Assembly (NCBI GenBank): GCA_043228905.1
Contig: JBHGNT010000012.1
Coordinates: 682,001 to 746,000 of the forward strand
From: Azolla caroliniana
Lineage: Eukaryota; Plantae; Polypodiophyta
Length of the DNA: 64,000 bases
Direction of reading: 5' to 3'
The notes below the pieces were generated by a model, which worked only from the letters and a program-made list of their open reading frames with translations, searched no databases and was not told where the DNA came from. A program made the translations under genes and the position numbers. Shown here one piece after another: positions 14,098 to 23,800 of the stretch. Position 1 is the stretch's first letter. Each line of letters opens with the position of its first letter.

Positions 14098-15622
14098 TGA
14101 TGTCAGAATGTGACTTGCAACAGGAGAAGATAAGAGAACTCTGGAATGATGTAACCAAGAAAACAGAGGCGATGGTGGAAGAACGAACGAAGGCGGTTGA
14201 GTCGGCAAAGCTGCTAGAGGAAGCAGCAAGAGAAAGGACGATGCTCACTCGACAACACTATGAAGAGATGGAACGAGCAAAATTGTCTTTGAATAGGGTT
14301 CATACAACGTATCAGACCCAATTGCTGGAATAGGGTGCAAGCACAAGCAACCGCGGGCCTGATAAAGAAGTTAAAGGAGGAAAAGCAGGCTGTAGAGGTC
14401 AAATCCAAGATGGGGCTCAACCGGATCTGCACCATTGTATTAGCATGAAAAGAAAGCAGAAAGAGTATGATTGCTGAAAGCTCAGTGCAATGGTGGTCAA
14501 AATGGGCACAACAGGCGGCGGGATTACAGACTCTACGAGCGGATGTTGAGAACCGAAGAAAGGACGGTGACAACTTCTACAAGATGGATGCGGAGAGCAT
14601 TGTAACCATTCGGGAGGACTTATCGGACGATTTCTTGGCCTTGGCAAGAGAACAATTGGCGGCTATGAGGCGGCTGGTAGAACAATTGGATGATGACCAG
14701 CTTGCCACTCAACTCCAATTTGAGCAGTATGAGCGGGAGCGTAGATGGCAGGTGGCATCGCAAATGACGACGGCAATCAACATAAGTGATGGAGAGCAAT
14801 CTCCGGAGCAACCACCGAATGTAGCCAGAACCAGGGGAGGCCAGCTAGACAAAGCCCGAGTGGAGCCAGTGGAGCCAGACCGGAAGAGCCAGTGGAAGCA
14901 GAATGGGAGCAACCAGAGAAGCCAAGGACTGAGGAGCCAGAGCCGGAGGGGCCGAGACCAGTAGAATCGGGAGCGGATGGAGTCGGAGAGGAGGATCATG
15001 CCAGAGAGCAATAACAACAACAACAATCGGACCAGCAGTAGTAGAAGCAGATGGAGCAACTACCCGATGAACCGTTGGAACCATTGGATCAAAGTATTCT
15101 GGATATTCTGGAAGATGAGTGAAGGGGCTAACCCGTGGGTTCGACATACAAGGTACTGTCCCACGGGCGTGCCATGTGTTGGCCGGTTAGGCCAAAGTAT
15201 GAAAGGGGAGCCGGTTTTGGGATAAAGGGAGTTGTAATTAGAATTAATTATTATAATTATAAGATCAGATGGATGGACCCGGAATCGGTATGCCAATCCG
15301 GATCCAGACCGGTTCGTAGCCGGTTGCCGGTTGGCACCGGTTTGTAACAAAGTCGGATACCTATAAAAGGATTTGGATATGATGTAACTGGAGATGGATA
15401 ATTAATAGGGAAGTGTTGTTATTTTCATATCTGGTTTATCCTGTCATTTCCGTTCCGTGCTTAATGAAGTTGATCCTACGCGTGTAACTAATCGATCCGG
15501 ATAACAATCAGAGAGGATCAGTTCTGTGTTACGGTCTTCCCATTCATTACCGTATCACCCCTTTGGTGAAGTGTTCCGGAAGGACACCCTGTGTTAGTGG
15601 CTTGTCCAACCCAGGATTAACA
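14098..15622 (+). mobile_element. Foreign ~1.5-kb segment nested in copia-1, probably a large (gypsy-type) LTR carrying a coiled-coil ORF
   Basis: Interrupts the copia RT just upstream of VCRLKK. Ends with GGATTAACA. TATA-like CTATAAAAG at 15361. Disrupted charged coiled-coil reading frame at 14097-14964. No matching TSD found. Confidence 0.5.
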
Positions 15623-16350
15623 CTCGCTTCCTCATTCAGGATGCTTGTCTTCACCGCTTGTAAAGACAAGTTCTCTTCTTGACAAGAGGTGCTGAGAGTC
15701 ACCATCGGGTTCTCCCAGCTAGCCGGCAGTTTGCACATCAACAAGATGGTCTGCATGGCACCATCGAGGGGAAACTTGGTTGCTTCGATTCATTTGTTTA
15801 GAGTCGACTGACTCGGATTCGACTCGGATTCAGCTGTTCCGGCTAGTTGTCTTCTAACAGTCAACTAGTCATGTGTTCGGAGTCGGCCGAGAAGACGATC
15901 CCGACTACCGTTGTTTCCAGTCTTTGATTGTCTTTTCTTCCACAAACACTACGTCTTGACTTCTCACGACCTTTTTATCAAGGATATCCTACAGCATGTA
16001 CTGGAACTCATCCTCCAAATACCCCAGGAATATGCATGGTTTCGACTTATTGTCAAGTTTCGACCTTTGATCCTTAGCCACATGCATATACACCAAGCAT
16101 CTGAATACCTTCAAATGTTGATAAGAGACATATTTACCTGTCCACACCCTTTGTGGGACATCGCCCTTTACATTCACTAAGGGAAACTTGTTTATTAGAT
16201 AAACAGTTGTGTACGTCATCTCAACCAAATATGATTTCGGCAACTCAGGGGTCTTAGGCATTGTATACTCGAGTCAAATACCTTGGGATTTGTAGTACTC
16301 AAGGGTCTTAGGCACTGTATACTCGAGTCAAATACCTTGGGATTTACTCA
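15623..16350 (-). mobile_element. Fragments of a second, Tnt1/Tork-like copia (gag and integrase) nested in copia-1
   Basis: Gag-like LLMCKLPASWE...LSLQAVKTSILNEE. Integrase C-terminal HLKVFRCLVYMHVAKDQRSKLDNKSKPCIFLGY, distinct from the host element's own integrase at 16715-17260. Confidence 0.75.
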
Positions 16351-19300
16351 GCCAAATAAGATAATTAAAGAAACAAACAAGTTAGCTTCTTGGTGAAGAG
16401 TTCGAATCAAGGGTCGGCCACCGAACTCACTATTGAGTGAGTGAGTCGACTCGTCGTCGTTGAAGCGATCGTCTTCGTAATTCCGGCATTTTCTCCTTGC
16501 CTTTGTCCATCTTCGGGTTAGGCCATGATTTGCTTTGATCGCTCAAAGGCTCTTGTGGTCCGCTCAGTCGGGTCGTGATCGGACTTTCTTCAAACATGCA
16601 CGTAAGGCGATCTTCATCCTCTATCTATTGTTCGGCGGATTCTGGGTCGAGCGGAGTTGGAGTCAAAGTTGTCTCTAGTGCATACCAGGATGCGGACTCA
16701 TAAAAAACGATGTCTCAACTTACTCGAGATTTTTGAGTTGAGGGGTTGTAGCACTTGTACCCCTTTTGCTCCAGTGAGTATCCTACGAGGATACATTTCT
16801 CCGACTTCGGGTCAAGCTTTTGACTCGTCTCGTCGGGGATGTGCATGTACGCTATCGCGCCAAATATCCGGGTGTGCGATAAGTCCGGCTTCTTTCCGAA
16901 GTATTTTTCGTGCGGAGTGACTTCGTGCACTCCAGATGTTATGCACCGGTTCATTAGGTAGACGGCCGTATTTGCAGCTTCGGCCCAATATGACTTGGGC
17001 ATATGCTTCTCGTTCATCATGGCCCGCGCTACTTCGAGGATGTGCCGATTTTTGCGCTCGGCTACTCCGTTTTGTTGCGGAGTGTGCCGGCAAGTGAATT
17101 CTTGCTGAATTCCTTCTTTCGGAGATACGTCGTGAAATCGTTCGAGATGTACTCCTTGTCGCCATTCGATCGAAGACATCGTACATGTCGGCCCGTGGCT
17201 TTCTCGACTTCATTCTTAAATTTTTGGAAGTGTCTGAACACTTCGCTCTTTTGCCGCATCGAGTAGATCCAAGTGTGCTTGGAGAAGTCGTCGATGAAGA
17301 GCGCGTAATATCGGCATCCGCCGAATGTAGCCGTCTACGCCGGTCCCCATACGTTGGAATGGACTACGTCCAGTAGACCTTTGCTCACGTTTCGCTCTTT
17401 CGGGAATTGGTGTCGATGTTGCTTGCCAAATTGGCACGCTTCACATACACCTTCAATCTCCTTCTCTTTGAATGTCGAGAGTCCGATGACGACTCCTTTC
17501 GATTTCATTGCTATGACTTTGTTGAGATTGATGTGGCCAATTCGCTTGTGCCATAGTTCTATGTCGGAGTCGGCTTTTGTGCTTTTTGCGAACATGGCGG
17601 ATTTCATCTCGTGTGAATCAAGAATGAACATCCGGCCCTCTCTTCTTCCACGCGCGATGATTCGGCCCTCTTTTTCAATGAAGCACCCTTCTTGGTCGAA
17701 TCGTACTTGCATCCCTTGCTCAACCATTTGGCCGACCGAGACCAAATTCTTCGTGATGGTGGGAACATGCAAGACATTTTTAATGTATGTTTGCTTACCT
17801 CATTCGCCGAACGGAACATTGCCGATGTGCCGAATCGGGTGCGTAGTGTCATCTCCGGTTTCGACATAACCGGGTCACTCCGGCTCTCGAAGTTCGAGAA
17901 ACCATTCTTTATGAGATGTCATGTGGTTTGAGGCTTCGGAGTCAACAAACCATACGTCCTCCGGATTGAGGGCACTAGTTGAGGTAGAGGCCAACATAGA
18001 GTTTTCTCTATGTTTCATCATGAACATTCTGCCACGGTCGGAGTTGTGTGCATACATTCCGCCACGATCTTCGTAGTCAGAGTTGCGCCCATACATTCCG
18101 CTATACTCTTCGGAATCAGAATTGTGCACGTAATTCGTGAGTTGTCGACTTGTGGAAGCCGATTCGCGCATCTTCTTTCAGCACTCTTCTTCGTGGTGGC
18201 CGAGCTTTCCGCAATATCCGCATTCAGTTGCGTTTTGACGGCTCGGGTCGGAGTGGAAGCTCTCCGTTCTTGCGAAGGTTCCTCGTTGGCTTCCATTTTG
18301 CGGGCGAAATTGGGAGTTGTTGTCGTAGGTCGGACCTCGTCCGCCTTGTCCTTGGCCGAATCGGCCTCTCGCTCGTCCGCGTCCTCTTCCTCCGTTCGAG
18401 TGCGTGTAGAGCATGTGGCCTTCCGACTCATTGCTCCTTGTACGCACGGGGTTTTCTTTGACCAATAGCATTGATTAGAGCTCGAAGAAGGAGGGAGATT
18501 TCTCCCGTGCTAGAACAGCGGTTCGCATTGTGCCGAACCATGGTGCGAGACCACCGAGGCATATTTGCACCATCTCATCATCATCGATATTTACGCTTAT
18601 CGAGCCGAGCGAGTCGCAAAGCTCCTTGATCTTTGAGGTGTATGTCGTGATGGACATGTCCCTTTGTTAAATGTTGTTCAACTCTTGGCGGAGTTGAAGC
18701 CTTCTTGTGGTTGTGTTCGCCGCGAAAATCTTTCGTAGATTTTCCCATGCCTCCTTTGGCGCCTTGGCTTCGCAGATGTAGCCAAGCATGTGATCGTGAA
18801 CACATGTCGCCAAGCAATACATCACGCGGCTTGCGGCTTGCGGCTTGCTCCCATGTCGCGTATCCGGGAGCCGCTTCGGCGGGTCAGTCTTCGTGCTCTC
18901 CTATGATGTAGCTCCAATAGCCTTGTCCGACAAGGTATTGGTGCATCTTGTACTCCCAAGAGGCAAAGTTGTTTCGATCCAACTTCTCGGTAGGGAGAGC
19001 GCTCCCCATTTGAGTATTCATTATGTAGATTCTTCTTCTTCTTCTTCTCTCTTCGAATGCGAGCTATGTAGCGAAGCTACGATAGCGATGAGCCGGTTCT
19101 TCTTGAACGTCGGCGTAGAGCTTAACACACGCGGATGGGCTAGATGGAGCTACCAACCTCGCTCTGATACCATGTAAAGAAACATATATGATTCTTGTGA
19201 AGCGGAAGAGATGTGAGTTATGTGCGTATATGAGAGAGAGTGAGAGAGAGAGATAAGGAGTAAGACAAAGAGAATACGCAAGGTAAAGTATATTAACGAA

Positions 19301-19565
19301 GGAGAAAGACTCAACGCTATACAAGGTGGGAGGAGGGTGCTTTATATAGTCACCCTCTCTCTTCATTAACTACAAGACTCATGGAACATGGGGAATGTGA
19401 AAGCTTATAAGTTATGTGTCATAGAATATGATTCTATGACTCATACTAAATGCTAGAATACAAAGAGGTGACATAATGGTGACTCTTGACCGTTGGAGTG
19501 TCTATTCACTCTCAAGGTGAGTTCACACACTAGACCAAGTTGAGCTTGATTCTCAACAATATACG

Positions 19566-20317
19566 TAGGGATTGGCAACGGCTCGGCTCAAGCCTAAACC
19601 GTTTGGCTTAGCCGGCTTAAAACAGCTTAGCGGTTCGGCTCGATTTAGGCTTGAGCCTGCCTTAACGGTTTGAGCTCGGCTTGGCTTGGCTTGAACCTCA
19701 CCAAACCGACTTGAGTCGGCGAAGCTGTTTAAATGTTTTAATTAGTAATTAATATAGTTTATTACTTGATAGTGTAAATATTCCAATTCCTGAAGATATT
19801 AATGATGCATATGATACTTTAGATATCAATTTATAAGAGATTATTGTAGAGGATGATGTTATTGAATACTTGTACTTGGACAAGTGATTTGTTTTAGAAT
19901 ATTATGACTTGGGACAATTATGACAATCAATTTTTGGAATAGTTAATGTTTTTGGAATAGTCAATTTTTTCTCGTTCTTTTTCTTTAATTATCTATTAGT
20001 TAAATTTGCCTTGCATTTCTCATTTTATGTTTTCTTGTTGTTTTTCTCTAAGCCTTATAACCATTCTACATTTGGAGCATATTGGAGGGGGATTGTTCAA
20101 TGATAAATTGTAATGGAATTGTGTTATGAAGTTCAATGATAAATTGTAATAGAATTGTGTTATGACATTCACAAACCGGTTTACCCTAAACTGGTTTAGT
20201 GATCAGTTTGGTTTGATTCGTTCAGGTTTGAAAACCCCTAAACGGTTTAGGCTTAGCCGGTTAGGCTTGGATAAGCCCAAACCGGCTAAGCCCAAACCGA
20301 ACCGTTGCCAATCCCTA
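19566..20317. mobile_element. Non-autonomous hAT-like DNA transposon (MITE), 752 bp
   Basis: Perfect 16-bp TIR TAGGGATTGGCAACGG / CCGTTGCCAATCCCTA. Subterminal AAACCG/GGCTT repeats at both ends. AT-rich non-coding core. Confidence 0.85.
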
Positions 20318-20439
20318 TATATATATACACATTTTATTGATATATTCGTATTTTTGCATGCGAGGGGTTGTATGGCTGAAGGGGAAGGCAGAGTGACGCT
20401 CAGTATCTCTGCAAATGACAAAGGATCGATGGCCATGGC

Positions 20440-20800
20440 TGATGGTAGGGTTTACTGCCAGGGTTTTTCCTGTATATAGCCACCTGGACATCCGTTCTAG
20501 GGTTAGGGCTTTTCCCTGTATGTAGCCCTCTGATTTTCTGTTTTAGGGTTGGGGTTCGGATTGGGGTTACGTTGAATTAGAGGTAGGGCTCAGGATTAGA
20601 ATGCGGGTTTCCTCTCTCTGTACACATCTGTTAAGTTAATTTAGGGCTGGAGTTGGAATTAGCGTTAGGGCTTTTCTTGTATGTAGAGGTAGCCATCGGA
20701 TAAGCTGTTTTAAACTTCAGGGGTTGAGAGTTTTCCTTCTATGTTGCTGCCCCAAAATGATTTCAGTTTCAGGTGATACTCTGTTTTAGGGTTTAGGGTT
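20440..20800. promoter_or_regulatory. Cluster of telo-box-like (TTAGGG/TTTAGGG) motifs upstream of the vWA gene CDS
   Basis: Several TAGGGTT/TTTAGGG motifs, e.g. around 20498, 20541, 20640 and 20785-20801. Confidence 0.4.
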
Positions 20801-20808
20801 TGGCATTG

Positions 20809-23800
20809 ATGTCTCCACCCCAGCCCACTTTACTTGACGATGATCATGAAACCTCTCCTTTGGGTTGGGAAGGGGCCCATTTCCCCCTATCCAAATTTGA
20901 TCTCGAGAATCTCGCAGGAATCTCCCTCCGGCAATCGACAGCCAGGAGATCCCCTAAAGATCCCTGGGATAAAGACTGGAAGAAAGATTCCACCAGGGAA
21001 GATTCCTTTCATTCCTCGTCACCCATCCCGACATCCCATTGCAATGGTAATGGTGGCCGATCTTCCTCTGCTAGCATACGAATTATTGGAAAGAACAGAA
21101 AAGGTTGGACCTTGTTCAAATTCAAGGAAAATACTTCAGACAAGGCTCGGAGAGGTGAACTTTCCCCTGACCTTGTGAAAGAGATATGGGGCGCTACTAT
21201 GCCATTGGACAGTATTGATTGCAAAACAGTTCTATTGGACCTCGACATGGAGATCAGTAAGGTAATGTCATTCATATCTCAACTCTTCTTTCGCATGAGA
21301 AGACCTAAAACATATCTGAGGGGATTATATCTATGTGTTGATTGTATGTGTCCTTCTCGCGAGAAGACTTAGACCATATGAGAAGGGCATTATATATGTG
21401 TTAAGGTATGGCCAACTCTTCTTCCTCATGCGACAACCTAGACCATATATGAGAAATACATCATGTGTGTGTGTGTGTGTGTGTGTGTGTTTGTTTTAAT
21501 TCCCTCAATCTTTGCCATGAGAAAACATAGACCATAAGAGAAATGCATTATACATGTGTAAAATTTATTAGAGGCCAACTCTTCTTCTCATTAAAAAAAA
21601 CTTTAAACCATACAAGAAATGTGAAGTATAGGTGTTAATCTCATTAATCCCCAACGTGAACTTTCTTCATGTAAGGACTTAAGACCACACATAAGAAAAG
21701 TGCATAATCATTAATCCCTGGCTCTTCCTCATAATGAGATTTAGACCATATGACAAGTGCATTCAGTTTGTATTACAAGCCAGAGTCGTTAAGACATAGA
21801 CCATATCAATGAACATTCTGTGACAATATTTTATCCTACTTCATGGTTGATTCCTTCATGTATCCATCAAAAGAACACGTCCTTAAATAGCCAATACTCT
21901 TCTCTACCTTGCCCTGTGGCAAGTCTTCATCATGTTTGGTTACTTTTGGTAATGAGCATAGATCAGATCCGTGCCAGAAAAAAACAACACAGGGTGATCA
22001 AAGTAGCTGAGACATTGATGGATGTTTTGCTGAAAAACTGGACTTACTTTGAGCATACACATGGAGATGTAAACATGGTAAGTGCTTCATAGATTGTCAA
22101 CTTGAGAACTCTATTAGTACCATATCTTTAGTTGTCAGTTTACCCTTTTCTTGTGCAGATGGAGAAGCATGTCCATGCAAAGTATTGCGAGAATGAATTT
22201 AGCCACTTTCTTCTTGAAGGTGACCAACATGTTCATGGGCAACTGTATGTGCGTTTACACTTGTTGATACCAGAGTTGCGTCTACTGTTGACCAACCTTA
22301 GGAGTCAGATTCTTCCTACTCATTATCAGGCATGTGTATGCTCATTGTACATCCTATATCAATTGTTATCGATTAAGTGTTTCTGACATTCATTGATAAA
22401 GTATATGTCACATCTATTGAGTAGATTTAAGCATATTCAATATCTATTGATAGAATTAAGTATATTTGACATCCATTGATAAATATCTATGCGTAGAAGT
22501 GTATCGGGAATTTATTGAGTTGAATTAGCGTATTGACATCTATGGAATAGATGTATATTGACATCCATTGATACACATATGTATAGAAGTATAGCAGGCA
22601 TCTATTTACTAGAATTAACATCTTATCATGAATCTGATTATTAAAACAAGTATATCTGACAGTTATTGATAGACTTGAGTATATCTGACAACTATTGGTG
22701 AACATTACAGGAGTTACCTGTTTGGAACTCACCTCGGTTAGAAGAACTTCCAGAATTGAAGGTGTTACCCATGCCTCCGATGCCAAAACTATATCCTATA
22801 GATGGTCTTGCACCAGTGCCTTCCGAGCAAGATGAATATATACCCAACGACTTAGAGGCACCCACTTTCAAATCCCCAATCCCTAAAGAGCACCCACCTC
22901 TTGTTTTACCTGAGCCAATTCAGGTACCATCATTGACTCTACCTGAGATGACTACCCTTGTAGAGGATGAATCAACAATTGACTATGAAGCATACAAGGA
23001 GGACGAAATGCCTAGTTTTGTTTTTCCTCATCAAGACCCACTGCCTCTGTGGGAAGCGCCTGTTTTGGCTGAACTGCCTAAAGAACCAGAATATTCTGTA
23101 CCAGAGATCATACCTCCACCTATATTGGAGCCGATTCCTTCCTTCAAATTGCCACCGATGGATCCACGGCCTTGTGAAAGGTCTTATTATGAGCTCAAGA
23201 AAGATGAAAAAGGAGTGTGTGATGGTCTTTGTAGCAAGCATGGACGCAACCATCATTTTGTTCCAGGGAGACAGAGGAGAGAGCCATGTTTTGGAAAGCC
23301 GCCTCCATTGTTACCTCTTCCCCCTTCTCCATTTCCTGGAGCTGAATCTGTCAATCTGAGTATTGAAGATATTCAACAACTTCTGGGGGAAACACAAATT
23401 CAACCGTTATTTGCTCCAGGTATACCAATTATGGCTGAACCATCCTTTGTCGCTCCCATTGAAGAAGCATTGCCAATATTTATCGCCCCAGTGCTAGAAG
23501 AAGAGCCTCCATATACACCCCTTGCATCTCCTAGGATTCCATCATGGAAGGAACCAAAGCCACCATATCCATTAGGATGGCTTTGTGGTCAGCGTCCCAT
23601 CTTTCTTATCGACTGTGGTGCAGCCATGAGAGGGGAGCGGATGGAAGCTGTTCAAAAATGCCTCCAACAAATGTTTAGCCCAGGTGGTCAGGTAGCCATC
23701 TGTGTTTCCAGTGTGATAGTTTGATTATTGTACTCACGAGAGGTACAACTAGATGTTGTGATTGATCTTTCAGACTAATTTAACGAAGGTGAACAAAATA

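Larger units (their letters stand above)
12326..19558 (-). mobile_element. Ty1/copia LTR retrotransposon (copia-1), degenerate; LTRs 12326-12713 and 19173-19558, TSD ATATA
   Basis: TG...CA LTR pair (~387 bp, a few differences). TSD ATATA at 12321-12325 and 19559-19563. tRNA-iMet PBS at 19161-19172 and PPT from 12714. Gag zinc knuckle CGYCGKLGHHEEEC, protease WFVDSEAS, integrase PQQNGVAERKNR, RT (LYGLKQ, NVDDL), RNase H HARTKHIEVHYHF. Multiple stops and frameshifts. Confidence 0.96.

Noticed and set aside
20440-20800. Interstitial telomere or chromosome fusion scar
   Set aside because: The motifs are scattered rather than arrayed, which fits telo-box elements better.
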